Source of the DNA: Chthoniobacterales bacterium
Lineage (GTDB): Bacteria; Verrucomicrobiota; Verrucomicrobiia; Chthoniobacterales; Chthoniobacteraceae
DNA: 64,000 bases
NCBI GenBank assembly: GCA_038207335.1
Contig: JBBQZX010000001.1
Span: forward strand, 128,001 to 192,000
Reading direction: 5' to 3'
Below the pieces are notes generated by a model. That model was not told the origin of the DNA. It was given only the letters and a program-made list of their open reading frames with translations, and searched no databases. Shown here piece by piece: positions 51,662 to 61,279 of this stretch; the first letter of the stretch is position 1; each line of letters starts with the position of its first letter. Made by a program: the position numbers and the translations under genes.

Positions 51662-51849
51662 AATAAAGGTTCGCCCCGTCCCGAGGAGGCTTGAAAACGA
51701 CTCAACGATTGAGCTGCACGACGAAATCTCGCCGACACTCCTCGGGGTGAACGAGGCGAGGATGCTACTTCAGTTCAAATGATGACGATTTCCTGTGTTA
51801 TCGCTGGAATGCGAGGGCATGGCTGTTGCAGAGTTTCGCCTGTCTTTCG

Positions 51850-54800
51850 ATGGATAGCCGTCTCATTCCCGACAATTTTGGAGATTACGTAACGCTGCGC
51901 GATCAGGCGGGCGCGCCGATCATTTTGGGTTCGGGCGGGTTTGGCACGACGATTTGCGCGTCCCGATCCCGTCTGTTGGGCGGGGCTGAAATCCGGGACG
52001 ATTGCGCGATCAAAATCCTGCATCACCAGGCGATTCAGGATCCGAAGCGGCGCAGTCAGTTTGTTTCGGAGATCCTGGCGCTGCGCGATTTGGCGCATCC
52101 GAATCTGGTGCGATACGTCGATTGCGGCGAGCGGGATGGGCTGATTTATCTCGTGATGGAGCTGTGCCGCGGCGGCGATTTGGAGCGGTTTGTGACCGAT
52201 TGGGGGCCGTTCGGGGAGCGGGCTGCGCTGAGTTCGGTGCTTCAGGTTTCCGAGGGTTTGAAGGAAGCGCATCGCAAGAACTACCTCCACCGCGACCTGA
52301 AGCCGCGGAACGTTTTGCTGTTGGAGTCAGTGCCTCCCACTGCGAATTTGAATTGGTTCGAGAATGCGATTGTCGAGGGCAGGCTGTGTTTCAAAGTCGT
52401 CGATTTCGGGCTCGCGGGTCGCTTGGGCGGCGATGTGCGGACGAGCGGTTTTGCGGGGTCTCCGATGTTTTGCAGCCCAGAGCAGGTGCGTGAGCGGGAG
52501 CTCGATTTTCGAAGCGATATTTATTCGCTCGGGATGACGCTCTGGTACCTAGTCGCGGGCTGCGGTCCGTTGGTTCGCCCAGATGGGCGGCCTGTCGAGG
52601 ATTCGCGCGAGGCGATGAAGGCGCACACATCGCCGGTGCCCCACGACAATTCCTTCCCGAAGCGCCTTTCGCCGGAGTTCCGTGATGTGCTGAGCCGGAT
52701 GGTGCGGAAGTCTCCGGACGAGCGATTTTCCTCTCTGCAAGATCTCATCGTCGCCATCCGGCAGGTCTTGAGCGACCCCGGTTTGGTGCCGGATCTCGGT
52801 GCCCCGGTCGGCGACACTTCCTTAGAGCCCACCGAGCCTTCGCTCGTAGATCAACCGGAATGGGCGGCAGGGGAGTGCGACGATTTCTTTCTCGGTAGGA
52901 TGGAATGTGGCCGCCGATCGGTGGGAAAATTTTACCGCGCGACATCGTTTCAGACGAAACGCGCGGTGGGCTTGACCGCTTGGGTGCCCGGGATTTCGCC
53001 CGACGCGATGAGCGAGCATCAGCTCGCCGAGCATCTGCAGCGCATCAAACGCGTGACATCTTCCGCTCTTGCGCCGATGAGCCTGACGGCGATTTCGGAG
53101 GTGCGCCGCACGGCCGGGGAGTGGTGCGTGGCGGAGGAATGGCAGGATGGGGTGCCGCTGGAGGATTTGATCGCGCGCCGCGGGCGGTCCCTCTCCATCG
53201 AGGAAATCGCGCTCGTGCTGGCACCGGTCGCGGAGGCCGCAGATTTTTTGCTCCGGAATAAGATCGACACCGCGCTGTTGACGATCTCCGACATCCGGCT
53301 GTGCGGCGTCGGCTCGTCGACTGCGGATCGCGGGTGGCTGGAGCAGCCGGTGGAGCGTTGGGAGAATTTGAACGTGCAAGTCAGCGCGTTGACCATTCCG
53401 TCGGGGCTGGCAGGGCAGGCGATCGAGAGGGCACCCGTCGGAGGAACAATTGCGAGTTCATTTTCCGGGAGTGCTGATGCCTCCTACACGATCGGGAAAT
53501 CGTTCTGCCGGCTTTTTTATCGGATGGTGGAGGGCTCGGAAGTCGCCGGGGCGGCCGATTGGGATGAGTATTCCTATATTGAAGCGAACCGGTTAAGCGC
53601 GGCGTCGAATGTCCTCCTGCGCCGCGCCATCTGCGGAGCGGAGGAAGTCGAGTCCGTGAGCGGTTTGCTTCGCCGCATTTGTGCCAATGAGGGCGTTTAC
53701 CGGATTTCGAGCACGGTGACGACACGGGTCGGTCGCACTAGCACCACGTCCGACACCAGAGAATCGACGGCATCACAGTCCGAAAAGCTAGAGCCCATGC
53801 CGCCGCGCGCATCGGTTCGTCCGCCCGAGCCCGTCGCGCCCGTGGTGTCGCAGGTTATACCGCCGATCCGGGTTTCCAATCCTGGGGTTTCCGTGCAAAA
53901 GAGCGCGCCGATCGCACCGGCACCGTCGGTGGTCAACGCGTCGATCTCGCTGCCACCCGAAATCTCGCGGACGCGGCCCACGATCGCGGGCCCGACCATG
54001 ACGATGGAGCTCGAGGTGGCGCGACTCGTGCCAGGCCTGGCCGGAATGGTCCGCAGCCCGTACGGCGAGCGGCGGGAGCAGCGTGTGAGCGGCCCAAACT
54101 GGCGCGGCGACGCGCGGATTTATTGTGAAGAGACGAGCCGACTCTTTAAACTGCCGCGCGTCCTGCCTCCGCTTGAGGCGGAGTTAATCGAAGGCCGCTA
54201 CGACGCCGTTATCTCGCCCTACGTCGAGCCGCGCCGTGAGGTTCCGGTTCCCCTCGGTCGATGGAAGCCCGAGGAGGAAATCACGTGCGGCTCCACGGGT
54301 CTGCCGATTCTTCTCCCGAGCGAGCTGCCGGCCGCATTGGGCAGCCTGATCTCCGGGAAACCCGGCTTCGCGCGCTCTCCGTACGGTGCGCAGCGCGAAA
54401 CGGCGATCCCACCCGAAGAATGGCGTCCGAACCAACGGGTCACGTGCGCAGAGTCGGCCCAGACGTTCTTTTTGCCAGCGGCACTCCCCGCGCTGCACGC
54501 GATCCCGACCGAAGTGCCCGGCTGCTTCACCTCGCCGTATGCGCCGGAGGAGCGCTTCACGCTTCAGCCGCACGAGTGCGTCGCCGGGTTCGAGTTCGAG
54601 TGCCCATCGACCGAGAAGCCGCTGATGGTATCGACGAATTTGCCAGCGGCATGGAAGTTTGAAGGCCGTGTGAGGCAGGGCGCGGTACCGGAGGCTCAAA
54701 GCCCTTTCACCGCTGCTTCCGAGCCCGACCGCTGGCAAGCGCTGGCGGCCGCACAGTGGAAGCCGGAGGCCGTGATTCGCTGCGCAGTGACGGGGAAGGA

Positions 54801-57800
54801 GTTCGTCCTCCCGGGAGAGCTACCCGCGCTGTCGGTGAAAATCGCGCCATCGGCACCCGCTGTCCTTTCCCCGTTTGCGCCGCACGACCGCATCCCCGTC
54901 GCCGCGCTGGAATGGCAGGCCGGCGCGAAAATCACGCTTCAGCTTCCGGGAGGCGTTTCCTGCCAGGGGACTCTCCCCGAGGGCGATCTGCCGCCCGTCC
55001 CGGCGATCGCGGGAGAACTCGCCGGCACGTTCGATTCCCCGTTTTGCCCCGGCAAACATTTCTCGCTCGCGCCTTGGGATTGCATCCCGGATGCCGCGTT
55101 CCCGTGCCCTTTTACCCGAAGGCCGCTGGTGCTGCCGAGTGTGATGCCCTCAGACTGGAAGTGGGAGGCAGTGCTTCGGCAAAGATCCGTGCCCGAGGCG
55201 CGCTCCCCTTTTATCCCAGAAAGTGACGCCGCTGAGACCGATTCGCCGGATCAGTCGCTCGCCGAGACGCAGGTGGAAACAAGCGACGACTGGCAACCGA
55301 TCGCCGCGTCGGAATGGAAGCCCGGCCTGGCGATCCGCTGCCGCGCGACGGGCCGGCAATTTTATCTCCCTGCCGAGTTGCCAGTTCTGCACGTTGAGCA
55401 GGGGCCGGTGGCACCGAGCATCCTTTCGCCCTTCCGCCCGCACGAGATCATCGCTATTCCGCCGGCTTCGTGGAGGCGCACCGTGGCGGTGCAAGTCCGG
55501 CTTCCCTCCGGCGTGCCGTGCCGAGTCGTGCTGCCTGACGACGTCCTTCCGCTCGGCCGCGCCGAACTCGCCGACCTGCCGCTGCTGCCGCTCGGCTTCG
55601 ACCCGCAATTGCGCGCGCGCCGCGGTGCCATCCGCAGCCCGCACGGCGAGAAAACGTGGGTCGATGTCGCCAACAAAGACTGGCTGCCCGGCGCGCGGCT
55701 GATTTGCCCCACCACCCAGCAGCCTTTTTGGCTCCCTGCGGAATTGCCACCTCTCGAGGCCCGCATCGGGTCGGCCTCCGGCTCCGTCTGGTCGCCCTAC
55801 ACGGATACCGCCGTGCAGATTCCCGCGAACCGCTGGAATCCCGGCGAGGCGATCCGCTGTGCGGAAACGGGCGGATGGTTCGTCCTGCCAGCGGAACTCC
55901 CACTTCTGATCGGTCGCACTGATGAGCGGCAGCCCGGCATGGTGGAATCACCATTCGCACCGGGTGAATTTTTTCGCGCCCCAGTGGACGCGTGGCGTCC
56001 GGGCAATGCGATCTTGTGTCCCCAGAGCAAACGCAAATTTGCGCTCCCGGCGGAACTCCCGGAGTGGCTCGCCGACGTGGAGGTCGTTGCGCCCGCGCTC
56101 GGGATGGTGCGCAGCCCGTACGGCGCGCGCGTCGCATTCAAAGTTCCGGGCGAACAGTGGGCCGCTGGCGGCATCATCAACTGCGCGCAAACCACTCAAC
56201 GCGCCCGGTTGCCCGACGATCTGCCGCCGATGGACGCCGTCGTCGTGGAGTCAACCCCCGGCGTCATCCAGACCCCTTACACAGAGCGCGCCTCCGGGCA
56301 GAAAATCAGCCGCAGTGAATGGAAGGCAGGTCGTACTATCCGATGCGCCGCCACCGGGCGCCCCCTGCGCCTCCCGGATACTCTTCCCGCGCTAAACGAA
56401 GTCACATTCCCAACACGCACAATCCTGACCGCTAGCGCTGTTGCGCTCGCCGTGCTTGGCCTCGTCGCCGGTGGCTACAAATATCTTCACGGCAAAGGCG
56501 GACAGCCGCTGACGTTGTTGCCGGATGGAGCCACGCCGAAGCCTGGGAAATTAAAGGAGTGGCCAAAGACATTCACGTTTCTCGATGGGATTCGTCCCCC
56601 ACCCGCAACGGTCGCTCTGGTGGCGGATAACGTTGCGAGTTGGGACGTCAAGCCACACATGCAGGGGGTCACCGTTGAGTTCGCTCTCGATGAGCCGATG
56701 GCCGACAAGCGCTTCTTAAGGGCCAATGCGCTCTCGCTCGTTCTTGCGAAGCCCGGATACGTTCCCAAAACGGTTGCGATCAAACGTGGAGAGAGCGTCA
56801 TTCCAGAAATGGTGCCTCTCGTCCGCGAGACCGGCGCGGTATCTGCGACCTCGGTGGTTCCGCCGGCACCATTCTACAGTGCTGCCCGGCTCACCATGGT
56901 CGCAATGCCCGACGACACGCCTGCCGACGAGACGAAACCGTACGAATTGCCACTCGGACCGGGTGAAAGCGTCGTAGTGAAAACCGGGCGCTACAGGGTC
57001 GAACTAGTCGGCCCAAAAAATTCGGGCGGAGTCACGGTGTCCGATCGAAAGCTGGTCGAGATCATGGTGAAGGCAAGTCCGGAATCCCGCATCACGATAC
57101 CACGCTTCGATATCCCCAAAGTGCTATCCGGCTACACGACCGTGACGTGGGAAAACTTTCAGTCTTACATCTTCCGGTCTCTAGACGCGCCCAAGGTCGC
57201 GGGGACCTTGGAATTTTGCAACTTCAACACGTGGAGTGCTTTCCTGCTACGGTTTGACCCTGATTTTACCAAGGGCGAACTCTACGAGACCAATGGTTGC
57301 GTCTCTTCCGCCCTCATCGTTGGTGCCTTGAATAACTTGATCGCCAAGCCGCCCGACAAGGAAAAGGATTTGGCGACCGCAAAAGCCAAGGAGCTGCTCG
57401 AGGCGATCAACTTGCCTGCCAGCGCGGAGGGTGCGCAATCCAATATCGATAAGGCGCTTAGCGCTTTCACGGCGCTGCGCGCCCTCGATCAGAAAAATTC
57501 TGGCCCCTCACTCGCGCCTCTGCGCTCACTCTGCAGCACCTACGCGGAACTCATGGCCGCAACAAAAACAACGAGTGGAACGCCGACGGTGGCTTGGCAA
57601 CATCTAATGAAGGCCTGCATTTTTGGGGGCGCTGTGTCCGATGCTGAACTGGCCGAACTGTCGAAGCCGCTCCCGGATGGCGCTCGTGGCTATTTGGTGA
57701 GGAGTCCGTTCAAGGTGATTCAATGCCTCGAGAATGGTGATATTAGACTCAGCATCCAGCGTCATCGGTTCGAAGACGACAAAGTAGCTTTCGTCGAATG

Positions 57801-57912
57801 GAGCCCCGTCCTGCACCTCGAACGCATTCCTTCCGGCGGGCTGAAGTGGAAGCCTTTGGAAAAGTGGAACGATGCGGTGCGTGAGTTTCATTTCGTAGTG
57901 GGGACGCAATAA
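51850..57912 (+). CDS. Membrane Ser/Thr protein kinase with a degenerate second kinase-like domain, a 14-repeat array, a TM helix and an extracytoplasmic domain
   Basis: LGSGGFG, AIKIL, HRDLKPRN, DFGLA, SPEQ, SDIYSLG; second kinase-like fold lacks catalytic motifs; SP(Y/F)...W...C..T...LP repeats; TM ILTASAVALAVLGLVAGG. Confidence 0.88.
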   Translation: MDSRLIPDNFGDYVTLRDQAGAPIILGSGGFGTTICASRSRLLGGAEIRDDCAIKILHHQAIQDPKRRSQFVSEILALRDLAHPNLVRYVDCGERDGLIYLVMELCRGGDLERFVTDWGPFGERAALSSVLQVSEGLKEAHRKNYLHRDLKPRNVLLLESVPPTANLNWFENAIVEGRLCFKVVDFGLAGRLGGDVRTSGFAGSPMFCSPEQVRERELDFRSDIYSLGMTLWYLVAGCGPLVRPDGRPVEDSREAMKAHTSPVPHDNSFPKRLSPEFRDVLSRMVRKSPDERFSSLQDLIVAIRQVLSDPGLVPDLGAPVGDTSLEPTEPSLVDQPEWAAGECDDFFLGRMECGRRSVGKFYRATSFQTKRAVGLTAWVPGISPDAMSEHQLAEHLQRIKRVTSSALAPMSLTAISEVRRTAGEWCVAEEWQDGVPLEDLIARRGRSLSIEEIALVLAPVAEAADFLLRNKIDTALLTISDIRLCGVGSSTADRGWLEQPVERWENLNVQVSALTIPSGLAGQAIERAPVGGTIASSFSGSADASYTIGKSFCRLFYRMVEGSEVAGAADWDEYSYIEANRLSAASNVLLRRAICGAEEVESVSGLLRRICANEGVYRISSTVTTRVGRTSTTSDTRESTASQSEKLEPMPPRASVRPPEPVAPVVSQVIPPIRVSNPGVSVQKSAPIAPAPSVVNASISLPPEISRTRPTIAGPTMTMELEVARLVPGLAGMVRSPYGERREQRVSGPNWRGDARIYCEETSRLFKLPRVLPPLEAELIEGRYDAVISPYVEPRREVPVPLGRWKPEEEITCGSTGLPILLPSELPAALGSLISGKPGFARSPYGAQRETAIPPEEWRPNQRVTCAESAQTFFLPAALPALHAIPTEVPGCFTSPYAPEERFTLQPHECVAGFEFECPSTEKPLMVSTNLPAAWKFEGRVRQGAVPEAQSPFTAASEPDRWQALAAAQWKPEAVIRCAVTGKEFVLPGELPALSVKIAPSAPAVLSPFAPHDRIPVAALEWQAGAKITLQLPGGVSCQGTLPEGDLPPVPAIAGELAGTFDSPFCPGKHFSLAPWDCIPDAAFPCPFTRRPLVLPSVMPSDWKWEAVLRQRSVPEARSPFIPESDAAETDSPDQSLAETQVETSDDWQPIAASEWKPGLAIRCRATGRQFYLPAELPVLHVEQGPVAPSILSPFRPHEIIAIPPASWRRTVAVQVRLPSGVPCRVVLPDDVLPLGRAELADLPLLPLGFDPQLRARRGAIRSPHGEKTWVDVANKDWLPGARLICPTTQQPFWLPAELPPLEARIGSASGSVWSPYTDTAVQIPANRWNPGEAIRCAETGGWFVLPAELPLLIGRTDERQPGMVESPFAPGEFFRAPVDAWRPGNAILCPQSKRKFALPAELPEWLADVEVVAPALGMVRSPYGARVAFKVPGEQWAAGGIINCAQTTQRARLPDDLPPMDAVVVESTPGVIQTPYTERASGQKISRSEWKAGRTIRCAATGRPLRLPDTLPALNEVTFPTRTILTASAVALAVLGLVAGGYKYLHGKGGQPLTLLPDGATPKPGKLKEWPKTFTFLDGIRPPPATVALVADNVASWDVKPHMQGVTVEFALDEPMADKRFLRANALSLVLAKPGYVPKTVAIKRGESVIPEMVPLVRETGAVSATSVVPPAPFYSAARLTMVAMPDDTPADETKPYELPLGPGESVVVKTGRYRVELVGPKNSGGVTVSDRKLVEIMVKASPESRITIPRFDIPKVLSGYTTVTWENFQSYIFRSLDAPKVAGTLEFCNFNTWSAFLLRFDPDFTKGELYETNGCVSSALIVGALNNLIAKPPDKEKDLATAKAKELLEAINLPASAEGAQSNIDKALSAFTALRALDQKNSGPSLAPLRSLCSTYAELMAATKTTSGTPTVAWQHLMKACIFGGAVSDAELAELSKPLPDGARGYLVRSPFKVIQCLENGDIRLSIQRHRFEDDKVAFVEWSPVLHLERIPSGGLKWKPLEKWNDAVREFHFVVGTQ
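54019..56400 (+). repeat. 14 degenerate ~52-57-aa protein repeats in the kinase
   Basis: Consensus G.vrSP(Y/F)...v....W.pg..i.C..Tg..f.LP.eLP.l. Confidence 0.85.
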
Positions 57913-58415
57913 TCCGAAATCTTGTGGCTTGGACTCGCAAGGCCGCAAACTCGCAAAGGAGGCACGACTCCTCATGGAAGTGCCGCAGCATGCCGCCCGT
58001 GCGCGGAACCAAGGTCCCCGGCCCGGTCCGCCAACGCCCGTAGCAGGCTTGCGGCTTCCGCGGCGATAGAGAGGTGCAGTGAAAGTCCACATGCCGTTGG
58101 GAATTCTATCCGTCTGCGTGGCTTTCGGTAACGTTCGGTGGACGCCGCTGGAGCTCGACCACCTCTATCCGGCTAGTGCCGCTGCGTGATGAGCGGCGGG
58201 GCCTCTTCGACCGAACAATTCGCGAGAATAGCCAATGCTCCCGGTCGAATCGTCCCATGGTCAACCTATCCAATGTAACCTGCTGTCTCCGTGGCGCTTT
58301 CGGCTTGTGCAACACCCCCTGCGCGTAAACGCCGAAATCCGATGTACTCAAAAAAAATCGGGCCGGTGTTTTTTTGGTTGACGCTCTCTTACCACGTGAG
58401 TACCGAGTGCGCCCC

Positions 58416-61094
58416 ATGCCTAAGCCCAACAAATCCGTAAAGTTCAGGAACGCGGGAACAGCCCGATTTGTTTGCAACGGCCGGATTGACGCCTTCTTGA
58501 AAGCAACGCCCGCCATTGTCGCATTTTGTCTTGTATCGACTGACTCTCGAGCGGCGACGCTGCTTTCAAGCGACCAATTGGGCGGTGTGGCGGGGTCCGT
58601 TCCAAGTGCGCCACCGGCGATGGTAGATAACGGCGGCGGTCGTATCGTGAGTGCCACTCAGCCGCTCGGAGCAGGGAGCGTGAGCGCTGGCGCACCGGCC
58701 TCGACCGCGGCAAATGTGAGCCAGTCGAGCGGCTACTCCGGTCGTTCCTCAGATAACCAGGAGTCAACCCGCCGGGTCCGTGAAAGCGGTGGCGGCGGAG
58801 GTGGCCGCACCCAGACCCGCTCGCGCGCCAACCACGAAGATCAGGAGTCCCGCGAACCGCGCGGAGGCGGACGAGTCGGCTCGCAGACCGCGGAAGCACC
58901 TGCCTCCGAGGGCAAAACGGAAGTCACTGTCACCACCGCGCGCTCTCCTTGGAGCGCGCAGTTCGGTGCAGGATACTACACCGCATACCAATCGTTCCGC
59001 GGTGTCAATATTCTCGATTCCGCTTCTGCCGACAAAGGCGGCGGAGTCGTCACCGGCTCTGCCAAAGTGGGCTATGCGCGCACTAACGACGCATTCACGA
59101 TCGGCTTCAACTATTGGCAGGCTCTCACGCGGCAGACGCCAGAGGGGGGGCAATTCAACGTGCCTCCAAATAGCAATCGCAAAACCCAACAGAATTTCAG
59201 CCTCCCGTCAAAGGACCGTTACGCTGAGTATAACCTCAACCTAGCCTACACGCGCAACTTCTTCGACGGTAAAGTTGTGGGGACACTCGGATACAACCAC
59301 TTCCATTTCTCGAATAAGCAGTATTACGATTCAGATCAATCGCCCATCGGCTACGCGAACGAAATCACACTGGGCTTTGCCTACACGCCGATCCCGCACA
59401 TCCAGCCTTCCATCTTCTGGGCGCATGACTTCGACGGTTTCAAAGGCGACTACGTCGAACTCCGCGTGGACGGCGCATATCAACTCCCTGCGATCCGCGG
59501 TTTTTCGGTCGGCCTGCGCCCATACGCAGCATTGTCTTACGACTTCAAATACAATGGAAGCGACAATGGATGGAACGCTTTCGAGGTCGGCCTCAGCGTT
59601 CCAGTTCGCGTGACGAGTTTCCTGACAGTGAGCCCGACCGTGAATTACGTGTTGGCACTTGAAGATTCGAACGGCGGCCCGCGCGCCAGCGACGGCTTGT
59701 GGGGCGGCATTCGGGTGACGGTGGATTGGGCAGGTGATCCGCCGAAACCAGCGCTGCCGGGATCATCCGCAAAAGAAGCCAAAATCGTCCTCGCAGAACC
59801 TGGCGAACATCCGTGGGAAATCTCGGTAGGAGCCGGCTGGCGTCAAGTCAACTACAGCTTCGATCACCACTCGCTGTCGCCATTCCCCACGAAGAGTTTG
59901 TTTCGTGCAAGCAAGAACGACGGTGAGCTCGGGTTTGCCACAGCGGGTCGAGTGCAAACTTACGATAATGGCGCTATCGACGCTCGCACTCCGGCTGTAA
60001 ATCCGGCTCGCAATGTCGCTGTGCCGGGCACAGCAGCTTTCAGTGTGGACAATCAATCTCAATTGTTTGGATCGCAGGTCCGTTTTAAGAGCGATCGGTT
60101 TTCTCAGGCGGAAAGTCATTCAGCAGTTAACTCAAACTACGACGATCAAGACTCGGTTGTTAGTCCATATATAGATATGGATCGGGAGGTTTGGCGCTCT
60201 GGTCAATTTAGTGCCCGCGTTGGCCTCTTGTATTCCTTTACGGCTTCGGAGGGGGACAGTGGCTACCGACTCGGTCGGCTGGATCAGTTGAAGCAGCGAA
60301 CAGATACGAGTGGATTTGTGTATTCAGTTGATTCTTTCGCTTCCAACTCGAGCGGAGCGCAGGTGCAAAATCTTGTTGTAAGTCCCAGTGCCTACACATC
60401 GTTCTTTACGACAGCCGGGCTCACTATCCAAGGAGATTTCACGCCCCAAGCAGAATCCTCGAGTCGGGTTCAAGAAGTTGTTCTAGTTGGAACATTTGTT
60501 CGTTCAAATTTAGAATTGTATTCGCACGATTTAGCTATTCCTCTTAGCGCGCGCTTTGACTTCGGAAATCGACTGCACGCTGAAGTCACCGTGGCTCCGA
60601 CGATCACTTTTGCAAACGCGGAAATCTCAACTGATGTCGAGAGCCGAGCGTTTTCCAGTCTTACTACTGGAAAGGTGGGTATCCAGTCTCAAGCCGTAAT
60701 GCGATCTGCGCCCACGCTCAGTGGCCCCGCTGGCCGATCATCACCAGTTCCTTCGAGCCCTAACGCTCCCGCTCCGACGTCAACTTCTAAGCCGCCTTCA
60801 GTAGCAACTAGTCCTTCCCCTGGCGGAGGAAAGTCTGCAAAACCCAAATCACCCGACTATCCTGGCACTGTAGTGGCGCGGAGTCGGTTTAAGGAATCTT
60901 CGACTGAGGTTTTGTTTGGGGTGAGTTTGGGTGGGTCGTTGATTTTGGATTTGAATGAAGATCGGACGTTTTACGCCGAGATTTGGGGGCGGTATCACTG
61001 GGTGCAGGATTTTTCGATCAGCAATGGATTTGCGAGTTCGAATGTCGATCTGAGCAGTTTCCAAATGGGCGTCGGCGTTGGATATCGCTTTTAA
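58416..61094 (+). CDS. Outer-membrane protein with two consecutive beta-barrel-like domains
   Basis: Long signal region and a Ser/Gly/Arg-rich linker; first amphipathic-strand domain ending LWGGIRVTVDW; second ending in the BAM beta-signal MGVGVGYRF. Confidence 0.7.
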   Translation: MPKPNKSVKFRNAGTARFVCNGRIDAFLKATPAIVAFCLVSTDSRAATLLSSDQLGGVAGSVPSAPPAMVDNGGGRIVSATQPLGAGSVSAGAPASTAANVSQSSGYSGRSSDNQESTRRVRESGGGGGGRTQTRSRANHEDQESREPRGGGRVGSQTAEAPASEGKTEVTVTTARSPWSAQFGAGYYTAYQSFRGVNILDSASADKGGGVVTGSAKVGYARTNDAFTIGFNYWQALTRQTPEGGQFNVPPNSNRKTQQNFSLPSKDRYAEYNLNLAYTRNFFDGKVVGTLGYNHFHFSNKQYYDSDQSPIGYANEITLGFAYTPIPHIQPSIFWAHDFDGFKGDYVELRVDGAYQLPAIRGFSVGLRPYAALSYDFKYNGSDNGWNAFEVGLSVPVRVTSFLTVSPTVNYVLALEDSNGGPRASDGLWGGIRVTVDWAGDPPKPALPGSSAKEAKIVLAEPGEHPWEISVGAGWRQVNYSFDHHSLSPFPTKSLFRASKNDGELGFATAGRVQTYDNGAIDARTPAVNPARNVAVPGTAAFSVDNQSQLFGSQVRFKSDRFSQAESHSAVNSNYDDQDSVVSPYIDMDREVWRSGQFSARVGLLYSFTASEGDSGYRLGRLDQLKQRTDTSGFVYSVDSFASNSSGAQVQNLVVSPSAYTSFFTTAGLTIQGDFTPQAESSSRVQEVVLVGTFVRSNLELYSHDLAIPLSARFDFGNRLHAEVTVAPTITFANAEISTDVESRAFSSLTTGKVGIQSQAVMRSAPTLSGPAGRSSPVPSSPNAPAPTSTSKPPSVATSPSPGGGKSAKPKSPDYPGTVVARSRFKESSTEVLFGVSLGGSLILDLNEDRTFYAEIWGRYHWVQDFSISNGFASSNVDLSSFQMGVGVGYRF

Positions 61095-61279
61095 CCTCCT
61101 TCGTTCAGTTCATATGATTCGCCCGACGGTGTTGGTAGAGATTTTGAGGCACGCTATACTTCGCTTGCGTCCGTCGCGACTGCCTGCGTGTTGAACTTAC
61201 TCGCTCGTGAAAAATCTCCGATTCCGATCGCGGCTCTTGTGAAAATGTCGCTGGCTCGCTGAATCGAGAGGCGAATCGT

